From Candidatus Pelagibacter sp. HTCC7211 (GTDB taxonomy: Bacteria; Pseudomonadota; Alphaproteobacteria; Pelagibacterales; Pelagibacteraceae), in NCBI RefSeq assembly GCF_000155895.1, contig NZ_DS995298.1, forward strand, positions 720,001-752,000: a stretch of 32,000 bases of DNA. The letters run 5' to 3'. The translations under genes and the position numbers were made by a program. The notes under the pieces are model-generated. The model had not been told where the DNA came from. It ran no database searches and was given only the letters and a program-made list of their open reading frames with translations. How positions within the stretch are numbered: the first letter of the stretch is position 1; every line of letters starts with the position of its first letter. This document shows positions 16,344 to 25,166 of the stretch, one piece after another.

Positions 16344-16856
16344 ATGTTTTATGATTTAAAAGATAAAAAACCAAAAAACTCTGGTGAAAATTGGGTAGCA
16401 CCTAACGCGACTATAATTGGCGATGTAACTTTGGAAAAAAATACCAGTATTTGGTTTAATGCTGTATTGCGAGGAGACCTTGAAAATATTCATATTGGAG
16501 AAGGTTCTAACATTCAAGATGGAAGTGTATTGCATACAGACCCTGGATATCCTTTAAAGGTAGGAAAAAATGTAACTGTTGGTCATTTAGTTATGCTTCA
16601 CGGATGCACCATAGGAGAAAATAGTTTAATTGGTATTGGAGCTGTAATACTAAACAATACTAAAATTGGTAAAAATTGTATTATCGGAGCTAAAACTTTA
16701 ATTGCTGAAAATAAAGAAATACCAGATGACTCTTTAGTAGTTGGTTCTCCAGGTAGAATTATTAGAAAAGTAACTGAAGAAGAGAAAGAAGCTGTTTTAA
16801 AAAATACAAAACATTATCAAGATAATTGGAAAAGATATTCAAAATCAATTTTTTAA
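16344..16856 (+). CDS. gamma-carbonic-anhydrase-like / left-handed beta-helix hexapeptide-repeat protein (YrdA/PaaY-like)
   Basis: 170 aa. It has hexapeptide repeats (IGDV, IGEGSNIQDG, VGHLVMLHGCTIG, IGIGAVI, IGKNCIIGA) and conserved His residues in the LHTD and HGC contexts. Confidence 0.85.
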   Translation: MFYDLKDKKPKNSGENWVAPNATIIGDVTLEKNTSIWFNAVLRGDLENIHIGEGSNIQDGSVLHTDPGYPLKVGKNVTVGHLVMLHGCTIGENSLIGIGAVILNNTKIGKNCIIGAKTLIAENKEIPDDSLVVGSPGRIIRKVTEEEKEAVLKNTKHYQDNWKRYSKSIF

Positions 16857-16868
16857 AGGAGGTATTTA

Positions 16869-17159
16869 ATGTCAGCGGGCTATGTAATTGCACAATTAAA
16901 AGTAACAAATCCAGAAAACTATAAAGAATATGTTGCTAAGGTTAGTGAGGTAGTAAAAAAATTTGGAGGTGAATATCTTGTCAGAAATGGTGAATATCAA
17001 GTTGTTGAGGGTGAAGATAATTTTCCAAGATTAGTAATTATTAAATTTCCAACCTACGAAAAAGCTTTAGAGTGGTATCATTCAGATGAATATAAACCTG
17101 TTAAAGATATACGATTACAAAATTCTGAAGGAAACAATATAATTGTTAAAGGTATATGA
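16869..17159 (+). CDS. DUF1330 domain protein
   Basis: 96 aa. The pattern YVIAQLKVTNPENYKEYVAKV...GGEYLVRNG...IIKFPTYEKALEWYHSDEYKP matches my recollection of DUF1330 proteins (dimeric alpha-beta barrel-like). Confidence 0.7.
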   Translation: MSAGYVIAQLKVTNPENYKEYVAKVSEVVKKFGGEYLVRNGEYQVVEGEDNFPRLVIIKFPTYEKALEWYHSDEYKPVKDIRLQNSEGNNIIVKGI

Positions 17160-17168
17160 AAAAAAAAT

Positions 17169-17768
17169 TTAAGGAACTAACCAGTTTTCTTTATTATTTT
17201 TAAGATCAAATTTAGCTCTACGATGACCTTTGGCGGCTAGATATAGCCACTCCATAGATTGAATTTTACACTGAATCACTGTAAAGTTTTTATATCCTTC
17301 TTCACTTTGTTCCTTAGTGTAATCAAAATTATCAAGTTCAGGTTTCAGCCCAGATGTTGGAATATCAGACTCTGTGCCTGGTCCATTATCAACTAAGTAA
17401 CATTTTCTAGAGATATGTTGTGTTTTTAACCAAGACTCTTTTGTAATTTCATTGTCATGATTAACAATACATTCAACTTTTAATCTTACCTGTATTTTTT
17501 CTTCTTTATCATAAAATAACATTGCTGCATTTTTGTTTAATTTTAATTTGTCAATTTTATCTGATCTTATATCGCTATGATATTGTACAAGGTTATTTGC
17601 TCTATCTGATTTTCTTAGAACTACTATCCTGCCATCAAGATCATTTTCATTACCACAAATAAACACTGGAATTCTAAAAGGAGAATTTCTATCCTTTATG
17701 GCATTATCAAGCATAGACCAAATTTTATTTTTGATCTCATTAAAATCTTCGTAGTACGCAGGATGCAT
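17169..17768 (-). CDS. pyridoxamine 5'-phosphate oxidase-like FMN-binding family protein
   Basis: 199 aa. The split-barrel-like pattern (RIVVLRK, AAMLFYDKEEKIQVRL) is a family-level call only. Confidence 0.55.
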   Translation of the reverse strand: MHPAYYEDFNEIKNKIWSMLDNAIKDRNSPFRIPVFICGNENDLDGRIVVLRKSDRANNLVQYHSDIRSDKIDKLKLNKNAAMLFYDKEEKIQVRLKVECIVNHDNEITKESWLKTQHISRKCYLVDNGPGTESDIPTSGLKPELDNFDYTKEQSEEGYKNFTVIQCKIQSMEWLYLAAKGHRRAKFDLKNNKENWLVP

Positions 17769-17774
17769 CCAAAA

Positions 17775-18644
17775 TTACTTACTTAATCTTTTGATTAAAC
17801 TTGATGTATCCCATCGATTACCGCCCATTTCTTGGACTTCTCCATAATACTTATCAACAACTTCAGTTATAGGAAGCATGGAACCGTTATTTTTTGCCTC
17901 TTCCATTGCAATTTTTAAATCTTTTCTCATCCAATCAACTGCAAAGCCAAATTCAAATTTATCATCAATCATTGTTTTGTATCTATTTTCCATTTGCCAA
18001 GATTGTGCGGCACCTTTGGATATAACCTCAATTACATCTTCCATATTTAAACCTGCTTTCATTCCAAAGTTTATCCCTTCAGATAAACCTTGAACTAATC
18101 CTGCAATGCAAATTTGATTAACCATCTTAGCTAACTGTCCGTTTCCAGCTCCACCTAATAATTTCATCTTTTTGCTATAACAATCTATTTTATCTTTTGC
18201 TTTATCAAAATCAGCTTGATCACCTCCAATCATAACTGTTAATGCACCATTTTCTGCACCAGCTTGACCACCAGATACAGGAGCATCTAATGCACCAAAC
18301 TCATTTTTTTTAGCATATTCATAAATCTCAAGTGCAATAGTTGCTGAAGCAGTTGTATTGTCTATATAGATTGCACCTTTTTTAATTGTTTTAAAAATTC
18401 CATTTTCACCAAAAGTTACCTCTCTCAAATCATTATCATTCCCAACACATGTAAATATATAATCAGCTCCTTCAGCAGCTTTTGCAGGAGTAACTGCTTT
18501 AGTTCCTTTATATTCACTTATCCACTTATCAGCTTTTGCGTCTGTTCTATTATAAACAGTTACATTGTGACCAGCTTTTGATATATAACCAGCCATTGGA
18601 TAACCCATGACACCAAGACCTATGAAAGCAACATTACAAGACAT
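17775..18644 (-). CDS. NAD(P)-dependent oxidoreductase, 3-hydroxyisobutyrate dehydrogenase / 2-hydroxy-3-oxopropionate reductase family
   Basis: 289 aa. It has the N-terminal Rossmann motif VAFIGLGVMGYPMAGY, then DAPVSGG and a catalytic Lys region (GNGQLAKMVNQ). Confidence 0.85.
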   Translation of the reverse strand: MSCNVAFIGLGVMGYPMAGYISKAGHNVTVYNRTDAKADKWISEYKGTKAVTPAKAAEGADYIFTCVGNDNDLREVTFGENGIFKTIKKGAIYIDNTTASATIALEIYEYAKKNEFGALDAPVSGGQAGAENGALTVMIGGDQADFDKAKDKIDCYSKKMKLLGGAGNGQLAKMVNQICIAGLVQGLSEGINFGMKAGLNMEDVIEVISKGAAQSWQMENRYKTMIDDKFEFGFAVDWMRKDLKIAMEEAKNNGSMLPITEVVDKYYGEVQEMGGNRWDTSSLIKRLSK

Positions 18645-18658
18645 AATTTTTATTTCCT

Positions 18659-19864
18659 ATGTTTAACAGTTTGAAGTTTAAAGTAATTTTATTCGGATTT
18701 ATTTTTACATTTTTTTCTAGTTTTGGACAGAGTTATTTTTTAGGATTATTTAATTCTAGTATACGAGAGACTTTATCTATTACTCATGGACAATTTGGTA
18801 CAATTTATGCATCTGCAACTTTATGTAGTAGCTTATTATTAATTTGGGTTGGAAAAAAAATTGACGATGTAAATATTTTTAAATTTGCTTTTTTGGTAAT
18901 TATACTATTATCTTTTGCATGTTTTTTCTTTTCAAAAATTTCATCAGTTTTACTTCTTTTTGTTGCAATATTTTTAATGAGATTTTCTGGTCAAGGATTA
19001 ATGTCTCATACAGCATCAACAACAATTTCAAGATATTTTACTAAAACTAGAGGAAAAGCCTTAAGTATAAGTTGGTTTGGATTATCCTCTGCAGAATTCA
19101 TTATGCCAGTTTTAATGGTATACTTATTAACAATTATTAGTTGGCAAAACTTATGGTTAATATTTTCAATTACAGTTTTAATTTTCCTACCAATAGTTTC
19201 TTTTTCATTAATTAAAAATTTAAATTTAGACTCTAGAGAGTCTAAAGATGAAAATATAAAAGATGAAGAAATAAAACAATGGAAGAGAATAGAGGTTATT
19301 AAAGATTACAGATTTTATATAATTAGCCTTAATATGCTTGCTATGCCATGGATCTTTACTGGCTTTGCTGTATTTCAATCATTTGTACAAACATCAAAAG
19401 GTTGGGGGCCTTACACAATCGCTCAATCATTTATGTCTTACTCAATTTTTTCTGTTTTGACTCTATTCTTGTCTGGATATTTAATTGATAAATTCACAAG
19501 TAGAAAATTATTAATATTTATGAATATCCCGCTTTTACTCTCAGCAATTGTATTATTCTTTTTTGATACACCAATTATAGCTTTTGTTTTCTTAGGTTTG
19601 GTTGGAATTTCTAATGGTTTTTCAAATATTTTAGGGTCTTCTACTTGGGCTGAGCTTTATGGAGTAAAACATATTGGATCGATAAAAGCATTAACAACAG
19701 CATTAATGGTGTTTGCTACAGCATTTGGCACAGCTTTATATGGATTTTTGATTGATATTGGTTTTACAATAGAAGAAATTGTAGCTGTTTCAGGTACATA
19801 TATTTCTATCTCTTTAATCCTTCTTTTTTTGATAAGAAAAAAGCTCAATCCAGTTATTATTTAA
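18659..19864 (+). CDS. MFS transporter
   Basis: 401 aa with 12 predicted transmembrane segments in two halves, separated by a charged central loop (DSRESKDENIKDEEIKQWKR). Confidence 0.8.
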   Translation: MFNSLKFKVILFGFIFTFFSSFGQSYFLGLFNSSIRETLSITHGQFGTIYASATLCSSLLLIWVGKKIDDVNIFKFAFLVIILLSFACFFFSKISSVLLLFVAIFLMRFSGQGLMSHTASTTISRYFTKTRGKALSISWFGLSSAEFIMPVLMVYLLTIISWQNLWLIFSITVLIFLPIVSFSLIKNLNLDSRESKDENIKDEEIKQWKRIEVIKDYRFYIISLNMLAMPWIFTGFAVFQSFVQTSKGWGPYTIAQSFMSYSIFSVLTLFLSGYLIDKFTSRKLLIFMNIPLLLSAIVLFFFDTPIIAFVFLGLVGISNGFSNILGSSTWAELYGVKHIGSIKALTTALMVFATAFGTALYGFLIDIGFTIEEIVAVSGTYISISLILLFLIRKKLNPVII

Positions 19865-19907
19865 AAAAAACTTGCATTTTACAGGTCTCAGGTATAAATA
19901 ATCGCCC

Positions 19908-20423
19908 ATGGCAAGAGTAACAGTTGAAGACTGCATAGACAAAGTAGAAAGCCCTTACGAATTAGTTCTTGTTGCTAAAGAAAGGGCAACTCAATTAAAT
20001 TCAGGTATTGAACCATTACTAGATAGAGATAATGATAAAAATACAGTTATCTCTCTTAGAGAAATAGCAGAAAAAAAAATTAAAGTTTCAGATTTAACCG
20101 AGAGTGCTGTTTACAAACTTAGAAAACACGTTGAACAAGTTGATGATGGTTCAGATGACGATGAAGAAATAGGTGATGATTTTGAAAATATGTATAAGGG
20201 TGAAATTTCAAAAAGTGGTACACCGATCTTACCATCTAAAAGAGCAAGAAAAACTCCTGAAAAAATTCAAGTATCTCAAGAAGACTTAGCTGAAATACAA
20301 AATTCTACAGAAACAAGTTCTGCTGATCCTATAGAAACTGCTGAAGAAGGTGATGCTTCTATCGAAGAAATGCAGGCAGAAGAAATTCAATCTAACGAAG
20401 AAGATACTAATAGCGAAGATTAA
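19908..20423 (+). CDS. rpoZ: DNA-directed RNA polymerase subunit omega with an extended acidic C-terminal tail
   Basis: The N-terminus MARVTVEDCIDKVESPYELVLVAKERATQL is the canonical omega signature. At 171 aa the protein is roughly twice the usual omega length; residues about 80-171 are D/E/S-rich low complexity. Confidence 0.88.
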   Translation: MARVTVEDCIDKVESPYELVLVAKERATQLNSGIEPLLDRDNDKNTVISLREIAEKKIKVSDLTESAVYKLRKHVEQVDDGSDDDEEIGDDFENMYKGEISKSGTPILPSKRARKTPEKIQVSQEDLAEIQNSTETSSADPIETAEEGDASIEEMQAEEIQSNEEDTNSED

Positions 20424-20430
20424 TATTCCC

Positions 20431-20470
20431 AAAAAAAAGGGCTCTGAAAATCAAAGCCCTTTTAATTTTT
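20431..20470. terminator. bidirectional rho-independent terminator between convergent rpoZ and the proX-like gene
   Basis: AAAAAAAA-GGGCT-ctgaaaatcaa-AGCCC-TTTTAATTTTTTT. The GC stem is flanked by an A-run on one side and a T-run on the other. Confidence 0.7.
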
Positions 20471-20485
20471 TTATTTAAATAATAA

Positions 20486-21490
20486 TTATTTTGGAATCCA
20501 ACTACTCCATTTATCAGGATTAGCGTCTTTCCATTCTTTAACTACTTCTTTAAGATCTCTATTTTTTTGTTTAACTTCAACTAGCATTACAGCTTGATCT
20601 GCATTGTCAAACTTCATCTTTGTGAAGAATTCTGCAGCTTTAGCATTTTCTGGTTTAGCGAAAGTTGCTGGGTTACCATAGTTGAACGTATAGTCTTTTG
20701 CCCAACCTGTTGCTGGCCATGCAGCAGTTCCACAATCTTTCCAGTTATTAGCTTCAGTAAAACTATCACAAGTTTTGTGCTCAGGAAGACCTACACCAAC
20801 CATATCGTAAGCACCAAAGAACCAATGCGGTTCCCATAGGTATAATAAGAAAGGCTCTTTTCTTTCATATGCAGCAGAGGCTTCAGCAAGCGCAGCAGCC
20901 TCAGTTCCTAACTCATCAGCTTGGAAATCAATTCCTAAAAGATCAAGTCTTTTTTGATCATGACAGTTCCAACCTGCAACAGGACAAGCAATTAATCTTC
21001 CTCTGTTACCACTTTCAATAGTTGCAAATTTGTCTTTATGTTTATTTAAATCTTTCCATGATTTAATTCCATATTTATCTGCAGCATATTTAGGAATAAA
21101 ATAATCTGAAAGTCCAATTATACCAGATGTACCTAAAAGTTTTACACTTCCATCACCTTCATAATTGAACATAGTCTTACCATCATACACTAGAGGTCCT
21201 TTCATCATGACAGTATCTGCTTCAGCATAACTCGGCCAACTTTCACACGCAAAGTCAATTTCACCTGCAGCTATTGCTTCCCACAATCCTGTTCCTGATG
21301 GAAATACTACCCTTTTTACTTTGTATCCCAACTCTTCTTCCAACATACTGACAGCAACCTGACAAGTAATTTCTCCACCTGTCCAGTCTGCTACAGCTGC
21401 TGTTAATCTTTTAGCATTTGCTTGTGAAAAAGTTCCAAGTAAAAGTACAAAAGATAATACAAAAGCTGAAAAAGTTTTTGTTAATTTCAT
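20486..21490 (-). CDS. ProX/OpuAC-type periplasmic binding protein for quaternary ammonium / tertiary sulfonium compounds
   Basis: 334 aa with a signal peptide (LLLGTFSQANA/K). From memory, it is collinear with E. coli ProX, including the three aromatic-cage Trp contexts (ESWPSY, AGWNCHD with its Cys pair, LYLWEPHWF). A strong AGGAG site lies 5 nt upstream of the ATG. Confidence 0.88.
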   Translation of the reverse strand: MKLTKTFSAFVLSFVLLLGTFSQANAKRLTAAVADWTGGEITCQVAVSMLEEELGYKVKRVVFPSGTGLWEAIAAGEIDFACESWPSYAEADTVMMKGPLVYDGKTMFNYEGDGSVKLLGTSGIIGLSDYFIPKYAADKYGIKSWKDLNKHKDKFATIESGNRGRLIACPVAGWNCHDQKRLDLLGIDFQADELGTEAAALAEASAAYERKEPFLLYLWEPHWFFGAYDMVGVGLPEHKTCDSFTEANNWKDCGTAAWPATGWAKDYTFNYGNPATFAKPENAKAAEFFTKMKFDNADQAVMLVEVKQKNRDLKEVVKEWKDANPDKWSSWIPK

Positions 21491-21538
21491 TGTTTCTCCT
21501 CTTAATTAATTAATTAAAAAAAACATACTAATTCAAAA

Positions 21539-21548
21539 ATTATACCCA
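21539..21548 (-). promoter_or_regulatory. candidate -10 element (TGGGTATAAT) of a dedicated promoter for the binding-protein gene
   Basis: A perfect TATAAT (complement of 21539-21544), preceded by TGGG, lies 48 nt upstream of the ATG. It sits inside a 156-bp spacer that separates this gene from the upstream operon genes. The -35 region is weak. Confidence 0.3.
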
Positions 21549-21646
21549 TGTAAACTGTATTAATAATTATTTAAGCAAGATTTTATGCGAGTATAGGTGT
21601 GGTTTTTTGTCAATGACCCAGAATAGGTTAATTTTTTTTAATATCT

Positions 21647-22825
21647 CTATTTTGTTTGTTTAGGAATACTTCTGTCTATGCCTTTAACAATTTTTTTTTC
21701 AGGATCAAAAAAGGGGAGATTTACAACTTTAGATTTATGATTTTCTCCATTAGGCAATTTTAAAATTAATTCTTTTCCTGGCCAATCTTTTGGTTCATAA
21801 AACCTTACGTAACCTATACCTGTGTTAAGTGTTAAAGAGTGAACACCAGCAGTTATATGACCTACAATTTTATCTTCATCGATTACTTTACTACCAGACA
21901 CTGGCGTTTCAGTTTTACAAGTTAAACCAAACAAACAAGTGCCTTTGTCTTTATTTAATAATGCATCACGACCTATAAAATCCTCTTTATCCATATTTAC
22001 GCAAAATCCTAAACCAGCTTCGAAAGGATTTATTGTAGTATCAATATCAGTTAAATTACCAAATATCCCAGCTTCAATTCTTCTTATAGTCATTGCTCTT
22101 GTTGCTGAAAGTTCCATTCCAAAAGGTTTTCCACAATTCATAAGATGGTCCCATAAAGCTAGATGATCAGTTTTAAATCCATCAGAATAGATTTCAAACC
22201 CAAGCTCGTTAGTAAAACCTGATCTTGAAACATATAAGTTTTGTCCTCCAAGATCAAAGAATCCAGATCTATAGTACTGCATATTTTCATTTATCTTTCC
22301 ATTTGAGGCTGCTTTCATAATATCTATTGAAGCTGGTCCTTGTATTTGTATAACCCTTGATTTTGGATCTAAAATTTTTACATCAAATCCTTTGCTGTGA
22401 GCTAATAACCAATCTTCAAAAGGCCCATCTGCTTGTACATACCAAAATTTATTTTCACTAAATTTAAAAATTACTCCATCCATAAATATTCCACCTTGAG
22501 GAGTACATGCTAATGAATAATAGCCTCGACCTTCTTTAATTGTTGAAACTTTTCTAGTCATAACTTTTTCTAAAAATGCAGCCACATCAGGTCCAGATAT
22601 TTCAATTGGTTTTTCAGGAACATCAAACATTGCTGCCTTTTGTCTTAACAGCCAATATTTTTGAACCGGGTCTTCTCCTAAGGAAATTGCAAAATATCTT
22701 CCAGCATAAACACCTCTAACCATTTCTGGAGAATTAGTTCTTTCTATATAAGGGGATTCTTCAAATCTTCTTGCGCTAATCTTTACAGTTTTTTTTAAGT
22801 CAGATAATTCTTGAAAGTTTCCCAT
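21647..22825 (-). CDS. GcvT/DmdA-family aminomethyltransferase (tetrahydrofolate-dependent methyl/aminomethyl transferase fold)
   Basis: 392 aa. GcvT-fold landmarks are AAMFDV..EISGPDVAAFLEKVMTRKV, TPQGGIFMDGVIF, QIQGPAS, SRSGFTNELGFEIY and IEAGI. An AAGGA site lies 10 bp after the upstream stop. The substrate cannot be assigned from sequence alone. Confidence 0.85.
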   Translation of the reverse strand: MGNFQELSDLKKTVKISARRFEESPYIERTNSPEMVRGVYAGRYFAISLGEDPVQKYWLLRQKAAMFDVPEKPIEISGPDVAAFLEKVMTRKVSTIKEGRGYYSLACTPQGGIFMDGVIFKFSENKFWYVQADGPFEDWLLAHSKGFDVKILDPKSRVIQIQGPASIDIMKAASNGKINENMQYYRSGFFDLGGQNLYVSRSGFTNELGFEIYSDGFKTDHLALWDHLMNCGKPFGMELSATRAMTIRRIEAGIFGNLTDIDTTINPFEAGLGFCVNMDKEDFIGRDALLNKDKGTCLFGLTCKTETPVSGSKVIDEDKIVGHITAGVHSLTLNTGIGYVRFYEPKDWPGKELILKLPNGENHKSKVVNLPFFDPEKKIVKGIDRSIPKQTK

Positions 22826-22835
22826 TAAATTCCTT

Positions 22836-25166
22836 TTAATTAATATTTGTTTTATTTCTTAAAATAGTTGGTGGATCGTATGCAGTAATAGATGGAGGAT
22901 TATCAATAAACTTTTCCATCTCAATAAGACATGAATGTGCAATTGGGCCTTGTCCAAGTTTAGAGGTTCCTTTATCCAGTGTTAAAACATTAGGATTACC
23001 GTGTTTACACATAGAATTAGGTTCATTAGCTTTTTCTGGATCATACCAGGCTCCAGTGCTAATTTGTACAACACCTTCCATTACTTTTTTATTAACTTTA
23101 ACTCCTGCCAAGCAAGCTCCTCTATTATTAAAGAGCTTGACAACATCACCATTTTTTAATCCACGTTTCTTTGCATCATGTGGATTAATTTCTATGGGCT
23201 CTCGGTCATTAATTTTGAAGGATTTACTGTATTTACCATGATCCATTTGGCTGTGTAATTTATTCTTTGGTTGATTTGAAATTAAATGAAGTGGAAAGGT
23301 TTTATTTTTTTTGCCAAGCCACTCACAAGGTTCTAACCAAACAGGATGGCCAGGGCAATCATTATAATTAAAGTCAGCAACAGTTTTGGAATATATTTCA
23401 ATTTTACCGCTAGGAGTGTTTAAAGGATTCTTTAAAGGATCTTCAATGAATTCTTTTAGCATGAGTGTAGGTTCTGAAGGATCTTTAATCTTAAACCATT
23501 TATTCTCTCTAAATTTCTCATAGCTTGGAATTTCAATATTAGCTGCTTCAGCTCGTTTAGAAGTCTCGGAATATATCCATTTTTGCCATTCTTCTTGGGT
23601 TCTACCTTCTGTAAATTCGTCTTTAACACCCATTCTTTTAGCTATATTGGAAAAAATTTCATAATCATCTTTTGCTTGTTTATAAGGTTCAATTATTTTT
23701 GACATAGAAACAACATAAGGATCTCTTGGTGTCATCATAATATCACTTCTTTCAAGAGGTGTTGTGCAAGGTAAAACAATATCTGATCTTTTAGCCAATG
23801 TATTCCAACACCATTCATTTGATATAATAGTATCTGGTTTTTCCCAAGCTTTAATCAAACGATTTAGATCTTGATGATGATGAAAAGGATTTCCACCAGC
23901 CCAATAAACTACTTTTGTATCTGGATATTCATAACTTTTTCCATCAAAATCAAATCTTTCTCCTGGGTGAAGTAAAAGATCACTAATCCGAGCAACAGGA
24001 ATAAAATTTTCTATTTCATTTTTTGTTTGTGGAAAGGCTGCTCCTGGTAAAATAGTAAATTGACCGCCTATAAAATTTGTAGCACTGTATCCAAATCCAA
24101 ATCCACCACCTGGTAATCCAATTTGTCCAATCATAGATGCCAACATTATCGCCATCCAAAACGGTTGCTCTCCATGATCTTGTCTTGTCAAAGACCAACT
24201 TAGAGAAATCATACTTCTCTTAGAGGATAACTTGTGAGCTAATTCTTTTATTTTTTCTGGAGATATATTGCATATTTCAGCAGCCCAGCTTGCATCTTTT
24301 TTAATTCCATCAGTTTCACCTAAAAGATAAGGTAAAAATTTTTCAAACCCTTCTGTATATTTTTTTAAAAACTCTTTATCACTTAAACCTTCTACGTGAA
24401 GTGTGTGTGCTATTCCCAGCATAAGTGCAGTGTCAGTATTTGGTCGTGCAGCTATCCAATCACATTTAACGTCATCAATAAAATCAGATTTTAATGGGCT
24501 TACATTAATAAATTCAATTCCTGATTTTGAAGCCTCTATTAAATTTTCTTGCTGATAATGATTTCCTGTTCCTCCTTGAGAAATTTGACCATTTTTTATT
24601 GGAATTCCTCCAAAGCATAAAAATACTTTAGTATTATCTTTAATTGAACTCCAACTCGTACATGTATCTAGATAAGCTCTATAACTTCCAAGTATATGGG
24701 GAACCATTGCTTCAGCTGCAGCAAAGCTGTAAGTAAATTTTGAACTAGTATAACCACCTATACAATTTAAAAATCTATGAAGTTGACTTTGAGCATGATG
24801 AAATCTTCCAGCGCTTGCCCACCCATATGATCCTCCATAAATAGACGGGTTTCCGAATTTCTCTTTAACTCGATTAAGTTCATCGGCGACTAGCTGTTCA
24901 GCCTTTTCCCAACTAACTTCTACAAATGGCTCACTTCCACGTAATTTATTATTTGTACCTGGTCCACCTTCCAGCCAACTCTTTCTAATCATTGGTGAGT
25001 CTATTCGAGTAGGACCATCAAGTACATCTAAAATTCCTTGCGCAATAGGTGAAGGGTCTTTGTCATGTTCCCACCCTAAAAGTTCCTGAATTTTTCCATC
25101 TTTGACTTTTGCTCTGTATGTACCCCAATGATTACTAGTTAAAGGAAGACCTTTATCTTTGGTCAT
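22836..25166 (-). CDS. cytoplasmic molybdopterin (bis-MGD) oxidoreductase of the BisC/TorZ S-/N-oxide reductase clade
   Basis: From memory, it is collinear with E. coli BisC: LTSNHWGTY, GSYGWASAGRFHHAQSQLHRFLNCIGGYT, YSFAAAEAMVPHILG (aligns with DYSTGAAQAIMP, which I recall carries the Mo-ligand Ser), HPVWLEP, SQMDH. I moved the start to MTKDKG (ATG at 25166-25164), which forms an ATGA overlap with the permease stop. The track start at 25214 would overlap the permease gene by 52 bp. Confidence 0.88.
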   Translation of the reverse strand: MTKDKGLPLTSNHWGTYRAKVKDGKIQELLGWEHDKDPSPIAQGILDVLDGPTRIDSPMIRKSWLEGGPGTNNKLRGSEPFVEVSWEKAEQLVADELNRVKEKFGNPSIYGGSYGWASAGRFHHAQSQLHRFLNCIGGYTSSKFTYSFAAAEAMVPHILGSYRAYLDTCTSWSSIKDNTKVFLCFGGIPIKNGQISQGGTGNHYQQENLIEASKSGIEFINVSPLKSDFIDDVKCDWIAARPNTDTALMLGIAHTLHVEGLSDKEFLKKYTEGFEKFLPYLLGETDGIKKDASWAAEICNISPEKIKELAHKLSSKRSMISLSWSLTRQDHGEQPFWMAIMLASMIGQIGLPGGGFGFGYSATNFIGGQFTILPGAAFPQTKNEIENFIPVARISDLLLHPGERFDFDGKSYEYPDTKVVYWAGGNPFHHHQDLNRLIKAWEKPDTIISNEWCWNTLAKRSDIVLPCTTPLERSDIMMTPRDPYVVSMSKIIEPYKQAKDDYEIFSNIAKRMGVKDEFTEGRTQEEWQKWIYSETSKRAEAANIEIPSYEKFRENKWFKIKDPSEPTLMLKEFIEDPLKNPLNTPSGKIEIYSKTVADFNYNDCPGHPVWLEPCEWLGKKNKTFPLHLISNQPKNKLHSQMDHGKYSKSFKINDREPIEINPHDAKKRGLKNGDVVKLFNNRGACLAGVKVNKKVMEGVVQISTGAWYDPEKANEPNSMCKHGNPNVLTLDKGTSKLGQGPIAHSCLIEMEKFIDNPPSITAYDPPTILRNKTNIN

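Noticed and set aside
21647-22825. Calling the GcvT-fold protein gcvT (glycine cleavage T protein) or dmdA outright
   Set aside because: No gcvH or gcvP genes are adjacent, and the N-terminal region is atypical for GcvT. I cannot verify DmdA-specific residues from memory, so only the family is assigned.
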